From Eledone cirrhosa (Eukaryota), in contig OZ024741.1 of the NCBI GenBank assembly GCA_964016885.1, forward strand, positions 265,918,001 through 265,982,000: a stretch of DNA of 64,000 nucleotides, written 5' to 3'. Position numbers and translations under genes: made by a program. The notes beneath the pieces are model-generated. The model had not been told where the DNA came from. It ran no database searches and saw only the letters and a program-made list of their open reading frames with translations. Positions 1-16,230 of this stretch are shown piece by piece. Each line of letters starts with the position of its first letter. The stretch's first letter is position 1.

Positions 1-1479
1 CACTCTCTCTCAGACAAACACTCTCTCGTACACAAACACTCTCTCACACACAAACACTCTCTCACACCCAAACACTCTATCACACATGCACACTCTCACA
101 CACAAACACTCTCTCACACAAACACTCTCTCACACACTAACAGTCTCTCACACAGAAACACTCTCTCTCACACAAACACCCTCATACACAGACACTCTCT
201 CATACACAAACACTCTCTCACACAGAAACACTCTCTCATACACAAACACTCTCTCACACACAAACACTCCCTCACACACAAACACTCTCTCACACACAAA
301 CACTCTCTCATACACAAACACTCTCTCACACACAAACACTCCCTCACACACAAACACTCTCGCACACACAAACACTTTCTCACATACAAACTATCTGATA
401 CACAAACACTCTCTCACACATAAACACTCTCTCATACACAAACACTCTCTCACACACAAACACTTTCTCACACACAAACACTCTCTCACACACAAACACT
501 CTCTCACACACAAACACTCTCTCACACACAAACACTCTCTCATACACAAACACTCTCTCATGCACAAACAACCTCTCACACACAAACAGTCTCTCACACA
601 CAAACACTCTCTCATACACAAACACTCTCTCATACACAAACACTCTCTCACACACAAACACTCTCTCACACACAAACACTCTCTCACACACAAACACTCT
701 CTCTCACACAAACACTCTCTCGTACACAAACACTCTCTCACACACAAACACACTCTCTCATACAATAGCTCTCTCACACACAAACACTCTCTCACACAAA
801 CACTCTCTCACACACAAACACTCTCTCACACACAAACACTCTCTCACACACAAACACTCTCTCACACAAACACTCTAACACACAAACACTCTCTCACACA
901 CAAACACTCTGTCACACACAAACACTCTCTCACACACAAACACTTTCTCACACACAAACACTCTCTCACACACAAACACTCTCTCACACAAACTCTCTCA
1001 CACACAAACACTCTCTCGCACAAACACTCTCTCACACACAAACACTGTCTCACACACAAACACTCTCTCATACACAAACACTCTCTCACACACAAACACC
1101 CTCTCACACACAAACACTCTCTCACACACAAACACTCTCTCACACACAAACACTCTCTCATACACAAACACTCTCTCACACACAAACACTCTCTCACTCA
1201 CAAACACTCTCTCACACACAAATACTCTCTCACACACAAACACTCTCTCACACACAAACACTCTCTCATACTCAAACACTCTCTCACACACAAACACTCT
1301 CTCACACACAAACACTCTCTCACACACAAACACTCTCTCACACCCAAACACTCTATCACACATGCACACTCTCACACACAAACACTCTCTCACACAAACA
1401 CTCTCTCACACACTAACAGTCTCTCACACACAAACACTCTCTCACACACAAACACTCTCTCACACACGTACACTCTCAC

Positions 1480-2955
1480 ACACAAACACTCTCTCACACA
1501 CAAACACTCTCTCACACATAAACACTCTCTCACACACAAACACCATCATACACAAACACTCTCTCGCACACAAACACTCTCTCACACACAAACACTCTCT
1601 CACACACAAACACTCTCTCACACAGAAACACTCTCTCACACCCAAACACTCTATCACACACGCACACTCTCGCACACAAACACTCTCTCATACACAAACA
1701 CTCTCTCATGCACAAACACCCTCTCACACACAAACACTCTCTCACACACAAACACTCTCTCACACACAAACACTCTCTCATACACAAACACTCTCTCACA
1801 CACAAACACTCTCTCACACATAAACACTCTCTCACACACAAACACCATCATACACAAACACTCTCTCACACACAAACACTCTCTCACACACAAACACTCT
1901 CTCTCACACAAACACTCTCTCATACACAAACACTCTCTCACACACAAACACTCTCTCACACACAAACACTCTCTCTCACACAAACACTCTCTCGTACACA
2001 AACACTCTCTCACACACAAATACTCTCTCACACACAAATACTCTCTCACACACAATCACTCTCTCACACATAAACACTCTCTCACACAGAAACACCATCA
2101 TACACAAACACACTCTCACACACAATTACTCTCTCACACACTAACACTCTCTCACACACAACCACTCTCTCATACACAAACACTCTCTCACACACAAACA
2201 CTCCCTCACACACAAACACTCTCTCACACACAAACACTTTCTCACATACAAACTATCTAATACACAAACACTCTCTCACACATAAACACTCTCTCATACA
2301 CAAACACTCTCTCACACACAAACACTCTCTCACACATAAACACTCTCTCACACACAAACACCATCATACACAAACACTCTCTCACACACAAACACTCTCT
2401 CACACACAAACACTCTCTCACACACAAACACTCTCTCACACAGAAATACTCTCTCACACCCAAACACTCTATCACACACGCACACTCTCACACACAAACA
2501 CTCTCTCATACACAAACACTCTCTCATGCACAAACACCCTCTCACACACAAACACTCTCTCACACACAAACACTCTCTCACACACAAACACTCTCTCATA
2601 CACAAACACTCTCTCACACACAAACACTCTCTCACACATAAACACTCTCTCACACACAAACACCATCATACACAAACACTCTCTCACACACAAACACTCT
2701 CTCACACACAAACACTCTCTCTCACACAAACACTCTCTCATACACAAACACTCTCTCACACACAAACACTCTCTCACACACAAACACTCTCTCACACACA
2801 AATACTCTCTCACACACAATCACTCTCTCACACACAAACACTCTCTCACACACAAATACTCTCTCACACACAAACACTCTCTCACACATAAACACTCTCT
2901 CACACACAAACACCATCATACACAAACACACTCTCACACACAATTACTCTCTCAC
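1480..2955 (+). repeat. 818-bp-offset duplication within the array
   Basis: Landmark CACCATCATA at 1541/1843/2093 recurs at 2359/2661/2911, and CAATTACT at 2123 recurs at 2941; all offsets are +818. ORF pairs 1708/2526 and 1654/2472 share the offset. Confidence 0.9.
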
Positions 2956-5900
2956 ACACAAACACTCTCTCACACACAAACACCCTCATACACAGACACT
3001 CTCTCATACACAAACACTCTCTCACACAGAAACACTCTCTCACACACAACCACTCTCTCATACACAAACACTCTCTCACACACAAAACACTCCCTCACAC
3101 ACAAACACTCTCTCACACACAAACACTTTCTCACATACAAACTATCTAATACACAAACACTCTCTCACACATAAACACTCTCTCATACACAAACACTCTC
3201 TCACACACAAACACTTTCTCACACACAAACACTCTCTCACACACAAACACTCTCTCACACACAAACTCTCTCTCACGACCAAACACCCTCTAACACACAA
3301 ACACTCTCATACACAAACACTCTCTCACACACAAACTCTCTCTCACGCACAAACACTCTCTCACACACAAACACTCTCACACACACACAAACATACTCTC
3401 ACACACAAACACTCTCTCACACACAAACACTCTCTCACACACAAACACTCTCTCATACACAAAGACTCTCTCACACACAAACACTCTCTCACACACAAAC
3501 TCTCTCTCACGACCAAACACCCTCTCACACACAAACACTCTCACACACACACAAACACACTCTCACACACAAACACTCTCTCACAAACAAACACACTCTC
3601 ACACACGAACACTCTCTCACACACAAACACTCTCACACACACACAAACACACTCTCAAACACAAACACTCTCTCACACACAAACACTCTCTCACACACAA
3701 ACACTCTTTCACACACAAACTCTCTCTCACGCACAAACACTCTCTCATACACAAACACTCTCTCACACCCAAACAATCTCTCACACACAAACACTCTCTC
3801 ATACACAAATACACTCTCACACACAAACACTTTCTCACACACAAACACTTTCTCACACACAAACACTCTCTCATACACAAATACACTCTCACACACAAAC
3901 AATCTCTCACACACAAACGCACTCTCACACACAAACACTTTCTCACACACAAACACTCTCTCATACACAAATACACTCTCACACACAAACAATCTCTCAC
4001 ACACAAACACTCTCTCACACACAAACACTCTCTCACACACAAACACTTTCTCACACACAAACACTCTCTCACACACAAACACTCTCATACACAAACACAC
4101 TCTCACACCCAAACAATCTCTCACACACAAACACTTTCTCACACACAAACACTCTCTCATACAGAAATACACTCTCACACACAAACAATCTGTCACACAT
4201 AAACACTCTCTCACACACAAACACTCTCTCACACACAAACACACTCTCACACACAAACACTCTCTCACACACAAATACTCTTTCACACACAAACACTCTC
4301 TCACACACAAACACTCCCTCACATACAAACACTCTCTCACACACAAACACTCTCTCACACACAAACACTCTCTCACACACAAATACCTTCTCACACAGAA
4401 ACACTCTCTCACACAGAAACACACTCACACACAAACACTCTCTCACACACAAACACTCTCTCACATACAAACACTGTCTCACACACAAACAATCTCTCAC
4501 ACACAAACACACTCTCATACAGAAACACTCTCTCACACACAAACACTCTCACACACACAAACACTCTCTCACACATAAACACCCTCTCATACACAAACAC
4601 TCTCTCACACACAAACACTCTCACACACACAAACACTCTCTCATACACAAACACTCTCTCACACATAAACAATCTCTAACACACATACACTCTCTCACAC
4701 ACAAACACTCTCTCACACACAAATAATCTATCACACACAAACACTCTCTCACACAAACACTCTCTCACACACAAACACTCTCTCACACACAAACACTCTT
4801 CTCACACACAAACACACTCTCATACACAAACACCCTCTCACACTCAAACACTCTCTCACACACAAACACTCTCTCACACATAAACACTCTCTCACACACA
4901 AACACCATCATACACAAACACTCTCTCACACACAAACACTCTCTCACACACAAACACTCTCTCACACACAAACACTCTCTCACACAGAAACACTCTCTCA
5001 CACCCAAACACTCTATCACACACGCACACTCTCGCACACAAACACTCTCTCATACACAAACACTCTCTCATGCACAAACACCCTCTCACACACAAACACT
5101 CTCTCACACACAAACACTCTCTCACACACAAACACTCTCTCATACACAAACACTCTCTCACACACAAACACTCTCTCACACATAAACACTCTCTCACACA
5201 CAAACACCATCATACACAAACACTCTCTCACACACAAACACTCTCTCACACACAAACACTCTCTCTCACACAAACACTCTCTCATACACAAACACTCTCT
5301 CACACAGAAACACTCTCTCACACACAACCACTCTCTCATACACAAACACTCTCTCACACACAAAACACTCCCTCACACACAAACACTCTCTCACACACAA
5401 ACACTTTCTCACATACAAACTATCTAATACACAAACACTCTCTCACACATAAACACTCTCTCATACACAAACACTCTCTCACACACAAACACTTTCTCAC
5501 ACACAAACACTCTCTCACACACAAACACTCTCTCACACACAAACTCTCTCTCACGACCAAACACCCTCTAACACACAAACACTCTCATACACAAACACTC
5601 TCTCACACACAAACTCTCTCTCACGCACAAACACTCTCTCACACACAAACACTCTCACACACACACACAAACATACTCTCACACACAAACACTCTCTCAC
5701 ACACAAACACTCTCTCACACACAAACACTCTCTCATACACAAACACTCTCTCATACACAAACAGTCACTCACACACAATTACTCTCACACACACAAACAC
5801 TCTCTCACACACAAACACTCTCACACACAAACACTCTCTCACACACAAACACTCTCTCATACACAAACACTCTCTCACACACAAACACTCTCTCACACAC

Positions 5901-7200
5901 AAATACTCTCTCACACACAATCACTCTCTCACACACAAACACTCTCTCACACACAAACACTCTCTCACACACAAACACTCTCTCACACACAAACACTCTC
6001 TCATACACAAACACTCTCTCACACACAAACACTCTCTCACACACAAATACTCTCTCACACACAATCACTCTCTCACACACAAACACTCTCTCACACACAA
6101 ACACTCTCTCACACATAAACACTCTCTCACACACAAACACCATCATACACAAACACTCTCTCACACACAAACACTCTCTCACACACAAACACTCTCTCTC
6201 ACACAAACACTCTCTCATACACAAACACTCTCTCACACACAAACACTCTCTCACACACAAATACTCTCTCACACACAAACACTCTCTCATACACAAACAG
6301 TCTCTCACACACAAACACTCTCTCACACACAAACACTCTCTTACACACAAACACTCTCTCACACACAAACACTTTCTCACACACAAACACTCTCTCACAC
6401 ACAAACACTCTCATACACAAACACACTCTCACACCCAAACAATCTCTCACACACAAACACTTTCTCACACAGAAACACTCTCTCATACAGAAATACACTC
6501 TCACACACAAACAATCTGTCACACATAAACACTCTCTCACACACAAACACTCTCTCACACACAAACACACTCTCACACACAAACACTCTCTCACACACAA
6601 ATACTCTTTCACACACAAACACTCTCTCACACACAAACACTCCCTCACATACAAACACTCTCTCACACACAAACACTCTCTCACACACAAACACTCTCTC
6701 ACACACAAATACCTTCTCACACAGAAACACTCTCTCACACAGAAACACACTCACACACAAACACTCTCTCACACACAAACACTCTCTCACATACAAACAC
6801 TGTCTCACACACAAACAATCTCTCACACACAAACACACTCTCATACAGAAACACTCTCTCACACACAAACACTCTCACACACACAAACACTCTCTCACAC
6901 ATAAACACCCTCTCATACACGAACACTCTCTCACACACAAACACTCTCACACACACAAACACTCTCTCATACACAAACACTCTCTCACACATAAACAATC
7001 TCTAACACACATACACTCTCTCACACACAAACACTCTCTCACACACAAATAATCTATCACACACAAACACTCTCTCACACAAACACTCTCTCACACACAA
7101 ACACTCTCTCACACACAAACACTCTTCTCACACACAAACACACTCTCATACACAAACACCCTCTCACACTCAAACACTCTCTCACACACAAACACTCTCT
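2300..7200 (+). repeat. ~2.3-2.5 kb tandem duplication with internal indels
   Basis: CACCATCATA 2359->4903 and 2661->5205 (+2544); GACCAAAC 3277->5555 (+2278); AAATAATCTA 4721->7047 (+2326); ORF pairs 4069/6395 and 4409/6735 (+2326). Confidence 0.88.
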
Positions 7201-10200
7201 TACACATAAACACCCACTCTCACACAAACACTCTCTCACACACAAACAATCTCTCACACACAAACACCCTCTCACACACAAACACTCTCTCACACAGAAA
7301 CACTCTCTCTCACACAGAAACACTCTCACACACACAAACACTCTCTCACACACACTCTCTCACACACAAACACCCTCTCATACACAAACACTCTCTCACA
7401 CACAAACACTCTCACACACACAAACACTCTTCTCACACACAAACACCCTCTCATACACAAACACTCTCTCACACACAAACACTCTCTCACACACAAACAC
7501 ACTCTCATACACAAACACTCTCTCAGACACAAACACTCTCAGACACAAACACTCTCTCAAACACTCTCTCACACACAAACACACTGTCACACACAAACAC
7601 TCTTTCACACACAAACCCTCTCTCATACTACCACTCTTTCACACACAAAGACTCTCTCACACACAAACACTCTCTCACACAAACACACTCTCACACATAA
7701 ACACTCTCTCATACACAAACACTCTCACACACAAACACTCTCTCACACACAAACACTCTCATACACAAACACTCTCTCACACACAAACACTCTCTCACAC
7801 ACAAACACTCTCTCACACACAAACACTCTCACACACTCTCTCAAACACAAACACTCTCTCACACATAAACACCTTCTCATACACAAACACTCTCTCACAC
7901 ACAAACATTCTCTCACACACAAACACTCTCTCATACACAAACACTCTCTCACACACAAACACTCTCACACACAAACACTCTCTCAAACACAAACACTCTC
8001 TCACACACACACACACTCTCACACACAAACACTCTCTCACACACAAACACACTCTCACACATAAACACTCTCTCATACACAAACATTCTCACACACAAAC
8101 ACTCTCTCACACACAAACACTGTCATACACAAACACTCTCTCACACACAAACAATCTCTCACGCACAAAAACTCTCACACACACATACTCTCTCAAACAC
8201 AAACACTCTCTCACACATAAACACCCTCTCATACACAAACACTCTCTCACACACAAACACTCTCTCACACACAAACACTCTCTAATACACAAACACTCTC
8301 TCACACACAAACACTCTCACACACAAAGAATCTCTCACACACAAATACTCTCTCACACACAAACACTCTCTACACACAAACACTCTCTCACACACAAACA
8401 CTCTCTCACACACAAACACTCTACACACAAACACTCTCTCACACACAAACACTCTCTCACACACAAACACTCTCTCACACACAACCACTCTCACACACAC
8501 AAACACTCTCTCATATACAAACACTCTCTCACACACAAACACTCTCACACACAAACACTCTCTCACACACAAACAATCTCTCACACACAATCAATCTCCC
8601 TTACACAAACACTCTCTCACACACAAACACTCTCTCACACACAAATACTCTCTCACACACAAACACACTCTCATACACAAATACTCTCTCACACACAAAC
8701 CCTCACACACACAAACACTTTCTCATACAGAAACACTCTCTCACAAACAAACACACTCTCACACACAAACACTCTCATACACAAACACACTCTCACACCC
8801 AAACATTCTCTCACACACAAACACTCTCATACACAAACACACTCTCACACCCAAACAATCTCTCACACACAAACACTCTCACACACAAACAATCTCTCAC
8901 ACACGAACACTCTCTCACACACAAACATTTCTCACATACAAACACTCTCTCATACACAAACACTCTTGTCACACACAAACGCCTTCTTATACACAAACAC
9001 TCTCACACACAAACACTCTCACACACAAACACTCTTTCACACACAAACATACTCTCACACACAAACACCTTCTTATACACAAACAATCTTTCACACACAA
9101 ACACTCTCTCACACAAACACTCTTTCACACACAAACATACTCTCACACACAAACACCGTCTCACACACAAACACTCTCTCACACACAAACACTCTCTACA
9201 CACAAACACCCTCTCAAACACAAACACTCTCTCACATACCAACGCTCTCTCACACACGAACACTCTCTCACACACAAACACTCACTCACACACAAACACA
9301 CTCTCACACACAAACACTCTCTCACACACAAACACACTCTCATACAGAAACACTCTCTCACACACAAACACTCTCACACACACAAACACTCTCTCACACA
9401 TAAATACCCTCTCATACACAAACACTCTCTCACACACAAACACTCTCTCACACACAAACACTCTCTCACACATAAACACCCTCTCACACACAAACACTCT
9501 CACACATACAAACACTCTCTCATACACAAACACTCTCTCACACACAAACACTCTCTCACACACAAACACTCTTCTCACACACAAACACTCTCTCACACAC
9601 AAACACTCTCTCACACACAAACACTCTCACGCACACAAACACTCTCTCACACATAAACAATCTCTAACACACAAACACTCTCTCACACACAAACACTTTC
9701 TCACATACAAACACTCTCTCATACACAAACACTCTCTCACACACAAACACTCTCACACACAAACACTCTCAGACACAAACAATCATTCACACACAAACAC
9801 TCTCTCACACAAACACTCTCTCACACACAAACATACTCTCACACACAGACACCGTCTCACACACAAACACTCTCTCACACACAACCACTCTCTACACACA
9901 AACACCCTCTCACACACAAACACTCTCTCACATACCAACACTCTCTCACACACAAATACTCTCTCACACACAAACACTCTCTCACACACAAATACTCTCT
10001 CACACAAACACTCACTCACACACAAACACACTCCAACACACAAACACTCTCTCACACACAAACACACTCTCACACACAAACACTCTCTCACACACAAACA
10101 CACTCTCCTACAGAAACAATCTCTCACTCACAAACACTCTCACACACACAAACACTCCCTCACACATAAACACCCTCTCATACACAAACACTCTCTCACA

Positions 10201-10989
10201 CACAAACACTCTCGCACACACAAACACTCTCTCACACACAAACACTCTCACAGACACAAACACTCTCTCACACATAAACACCCTCTCATACACAAACACT
10301 CTCTTACACACACACAATCTCACACACACAAACACTCTTTCACACACAAACACTCTCATACACAAACACTCTCTCACACACAAGCACTCTCTCATACACA
10401 AACACTCTTCTCACACACAAACACTCTCTCACACACAAACACTCTCTCACACACAAAAACTTTCTCAGACACAAACACACTCTCACACATAAACACCCTC
10501 TCACACACAAACACTCTCACACACACACAAACACTCTCTCACCCATAAGCTATCTCTAACACACAAAAGCTTTCTCACACACAAACACACTCTCACACAT
10601 AAACACCCTCTCACACACAAACACTCTCTCACACACAAACACTCTCTCACATACAAACACTCTCTCATACACAAACACTCTCTCACACACAAACACTCTC
10701 TCACACACAAACACTCTTCTCACACACAAACACTCTCTCACGCACAAACACTCTCTCACACAAAAACTTTCTCACACAAAAACACACTGTCACACACAAA
10801 CACTCTCTCACACACAAACACTCTCTCACACACAAACACTCTCACACATAAACACTCTCTCATACACAAACACTCTCTCATACACAAACACTCTCACACA
10901 CACAAACACTCTCTCACACACAAACACTCTCATACACAAACACTCACTCACACACAAACACTCTCACACACACAAACACTCTCTCACAC

Positions 10990-11590
10990 ACAAACACTCT
11001 CATACACAAACACTCTCTCACACACAAACACTCTCTCACAAACAAACACTCTCACACACAAACACGCTCTCACACATAAACACTCTCTCACACACAAACA
11101 ATATCTGACACACAAACACTCTCTCAAACACAAACACACTCATACACAAACACACTCTCACACCCAAACATTCTCTCACACACAATCACTCTCATACACA
11201 AACACTCTTTCGCACAAAAACATTTTCTCACCCACAAACACACTCTCACACACAAACACTCTCTCACACACAAACACTCTCTCACACACAAACACTCTCA
11301 TACACAAACACTCTCTCACACACAAACACTCTCTCACAAACAAACACTCTCACACACAAACACGCTCTCACACATAAACACTCTCTCACACACAAACAAT
11401 ATCTGACACACAAACACTCTCTCAAACACAAACACTCTCATACACAAACACACTCTCACACCCAAACATTCTCTCACACACAATCACTCTCATACACAAA
11501 CACTCTTTCGCACAAAAACATTTTCTCACCCACAAACACACTCTCACACACAAACACTCTCTTACACACAAACACTCTCTTACACACAAA
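10990..11590 (+). repeat. 298-bp tandem duplication
   Basis: ATATCTGACA at 11101 and 11399. The flanking variants CACGCTCT, CAATCACT and CTTTCGCACAAAAACATTTTC occur in the same order in both copies. Confidence 0.88.
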
Positions 11591-12364
11591 CACTCTCTCA
11601 CTCACAAACACTCTCTTACACAAACACACTCTCACACCCAAACACTCTCTCATACATAAACACTCTCTCACACACAAACACTCTCACACACACAAACACA
11701 CTCTCATACACAAACACTCTCTCACACACAAACACTCTCACACACACAAACACTCACTCACACACTAACACTCTTTCACACACAAATACTTTCTCACACA
11801 CAAACACTCTCTCACACACAAACACTCTCTGACACACAAACACTCTCATACACAAAAACACTCTCACACCCAAACACACTCTCATACACAAACACTCTCT
11901 CACACACAAACACTCTCTTACACACAAACACTCTCTGACACACAAACACTCTCATACACAAACACTCTCTCACACACAAACACTCTCACACACACAAACA
12001 CTCATTCACACATAAACACCCTCTCATACACAAACACTCTCTCATACACAAACACTCTCTCATACACAAACACTCTCTCACACACAAACACTCTCTCACA
12101 CACAAACACTCTCTCACACACAAACACTCTCTCACACACAAACACTCTCATACACAAACACACTCTCACACCCAAACACTCTCTCACACACAAACACTCT
12201 CCCACACACAAACACTCTCTCACACACAAACACACTCTCATACACAAACACTCTCTCACACACAAACAGTCTCACACACACAAACACTCATTCACACATA
12301 AACACCCTCTCATACACAAACACTCTCTCATACACAAACGCTCTCTCACACACAAACAATCTCT

Positions 12365-12790
12365 CACACTCAAACACCCTCTCTCACACAAACATTCTCT
12401 CACACCCAAACACTCTCACACACAAACAATCTCTCACACAAAAATTCCTTCTCACACACAAACACTCTCTGACACACAAACACACTCACACACAAACACT
12501 CTCTCACACACAAACATACTCTCACACACAAACACCCTCTCACACACAAACATTCTCTCACATACAAACACTCTCTCACACTCAAACACCCTCTCACACA
12601 CAAACATTCTCTCACACCCAAACACTCTAACACACAAACAATCTCTCACACAAAAATTCCTTCTCACACACAAACACTCTCTGACACACAAACACACTCA
12701 CACACAAACACTCTCTCACACACAAACATACTCTCACACACAAACACCCTCTCACACACAAACATTCTCTCACATACAAACACTCTCTCA
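12365..12790 (+). repeat. 212-bp tandem duplication
   Basis: AAAATTCCTTCTC at 12441 and 12653; the downstream CTGACAC and CATACTC variants are shared. Confidence 0.88.
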
Positions 12791-13389
12791 CACACAAACA
12801 CTCTCTCACACACAAACAATCTCTCACACACAAACACTCTCTCACACACAAACACTCTCTCACACAGAAACGATCTCTCACACACAAACACTCTCTCATA
12901 CACAAACACTCTCTCACACACAAACACTCTCTCACATACAAACACTCTCTACACACAAACACTCTCTCACACACAAACACTCTCACACACACAAACACTC
13001 TCTCACACATAAATACCCTCTCATACACAAACACTCTCTCACACACAAACACTCACACACACAAACACTCTCTCACACATAAACACCCTCTCACACACAA
13101 ACACTCTCTCACACACAAACAATCTCTCACACACAAACACTCTGTCACACACAAACACTCTCTCACACACAAACACTCTCACACACAAAAACTCTCTCAC
13201 ACACAAACACTCTCTCACACACAAACACTCTCTCACACACAAACAATCTCTCATACACAAACACTCTCACACACACAAACACTCTCTCACACACAAACAC
13301 TCTCTCACACACAAACACTCTCACACACAAAAACTCTCTCACACACAAACACTCTCTCACACACAAATACTCTCTCACACACAAACACT

Positions 13390-14050
13390 CTCACACACAG
13401 AAACACTCTCTCTCAAATACAAACACTCTCACACACACAAACACTCTTCTCACACACAAACACCCTCTCATACACAAACACTCTCTCACACATAAATAAA
13501 CTCACACACACAAACACCCTTCTCACACACAAACACTCTCTCATACACAAACACTCTCTCACACACAAACACTCTCTCACACACAAACACACTCTCATAC
13601 ACAAACACTCTCTCACACACAAACACTCTCACACACAAACAATCTCTCACACACAATCTCTCATACACGAACACTCTCTCACACACAAACACTCTCTCAC
13701 ACACAAACACTCTCTCACACACAAACATTCTCTCACACACAAACACTCTCTCACACAGAAACACTCTCTCTCACACACAAATACTCACACACACACAAAC
13801 ACTCTTCTCACACACAAACACCCTCTCATACACAAACACTCTCTCACACACAAATACTCTCACACACACAAACACCCTTCTCACACACAAACACTCTCTC
13901 ATACACAAACACTCTCTCACACACAAACACTCTCTCACACACAAACACACTCTCATACACAAACACTCTCTCACACACAAACACTCTCACACACAAACAC
14001 TCTCTCATACACAAACACTCTCTCACACACAAACACTCTCTCACACACAA
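13390..14050 (+). repeat. 358-bp tandem duplication (third partial copy near 14770-14920)
   Basis: The 19-bp CTCTTCTC unit at ~13446 and ~13804 (again at ~14821) is each time followed by CACCCTTCTC. ORF pairs 13413/13771 and 13486/13844. Confidence 0.82.
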
Positions 14051-16230
14051 ACACTCTCACACACAAACAATCTATCACACACAAACACTCTATCACACAG
14101 AAACACTCTCACACACAAACACTCTTCTCACACACAAACAACCTCTCATACACAAACACCCTCTCACACACAAACACTCTCTCACACACAAACACACTCT
14201 CATACACAAACACTCTCTCACACACAAACACTCTCACACACACACAAACACTCTCTCACACACAAACACTCTCATACACAAACACTCTCTCACACACAAA
14301 CACTCTCTCACAAACAAACACTCTCACACACAAACACGCTCTCACACACAAACACTCTCTCACACACAAACAATATCTGACACACAAACACTCTCTCAAA
14401 CACAAACTCTCTCATACACAAACACACTCTCACACCCAAACATTCTCTCACACACAATCACTCTCATACACAAACACTCTTTCACACAAAAACATTTTCT
14501 CACCCACAAACACACTCTCACACACAAACACTCTCTCACACACAAACACTCTCTCACACACAAACACTCTCTTACACACAAACACTCTCTCACTCACAAA
14601 CACTCTCTTACACAAACACACTCTCACACCCAAACACTCTCTCATACATAAACACTCTCTCACACACAAACACTCTCTCACACACAAACACACTCTCATA
14701 CACAAACACTCTCTCACACACAAACACTCTCTCACACACAAACATTCTCTCACACACAAACACTCTCTCACACAGAAACACTCTCTCTCACACACAAACA
14801 CTCACACACACACAAACACTCTTCTCACACACAAACACCCTCTCATACACAAACACTCTCTCACACACAAATACTCTCACACACACAAACACCCTTCTCA
14901 CACACAAACACTCTCTCATACACAAACACTCACACAAAAAAACACTCTCTCACACACAAACACTCTCTCACACACAAACATCCTCGCACACACAAACACT
15001 CTCTCACACATAAACACACTCTCATACACAAACACACTCTCACACACATACACACTCTCACACACAAACACTCTCTCACACACAAACACACTCTCATACA
15101 CAAACACTCTCTCACACACAAACACTCTCACACACAAACACTCTCTCATACACAAACACTCTCTCACACACAAACACTCTCTCACACACAAACACTCTCA
15201 CACACAAACAATCTATCACACACAAACACTCTATCACACAGAAACACTCTCACACACAAACACTCTTCTCACACACAAACAACCTCTCATACACAAACAC
15301 CCTCTCACACACAAACACACTCTCATACACAAACACTCTCTCACACACAAACACTCTCACAAACACAAACACTCTCTCACACACAAACACTCTCATACAC
15401 AAACACTCTCTCACACACAAACAGTCTCTCACAAACAAACACTCTCACACACAAACACGCTCTCACACACAAACACTCTCTCACACACAAACAATATCTG
15501 ACACACAAACACTCTCTCAAACACAAACACTCTCATACACAAACACACTCTCACACCCAAACATTCTCTCACACACAATCACTCTCATACACAAACACTC
15601 TTTCACACAAAAACATTTTCTCACCCACAAACACACTCTCACACACAAACACTCTCTCACACACAAACACTCTCTCACACACAAACACTCTCTTACACAC
15701 AAACACTCTCTCACTCACAAACACTCTCTTACACAAACACACTCTCACACCCAAACACTCTCTCATACATAAACACTCTCTCACACACAAACACTCTCTC
15801 ACACACAAACACACTCTCATACACAAACACTCTCTCACACACAAACACTCTCACACACACAAACACTCTCTCACACATAAACACCCTCTCATACACAAAC
15901 ACTCTCTCACACACAAACAACCTCTCACTCACAAACACCCTCTCACACACAAACACTCTCTCACACACAAATACCTTCTCACACACAAACACTCTCTCAC
16001 ACGCAAACACTCTCTCACACACAAATATTCTCTCACACACAAACACTCACACAAAAAAACACTCTCTCACACACAAACACTCTCTCACACACAAACATCC
16101 TCGCACACACAAACACTCTCTCACACATAAACACACTCTCATACACAAACACACTCTCACACACATACACACTCTCACACACAAACACTCTCTCACACAC
16201 AAACACACTCTCATACACAAACACTCTCTC
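14000..16230 (+). repeat. ~1.12-kb tandem duplication (offsets 1121/1117)
   Basis: ATATCTGAC 14373->15494 (+1121); TCCTCGCAC 14981->16098 (+1117); a 7-A run near 14936 and 16053; ORF pairs 14396/15517 and 14916/16033. Confidence 0.88.

Noticed and set aside
86-7052. 724-aa and 660-aa + strand ORFs (86..2260, 5070..7052)
   Set aside because: Same artefact; they start at CATG variants and end at TAA variants of the repeat.
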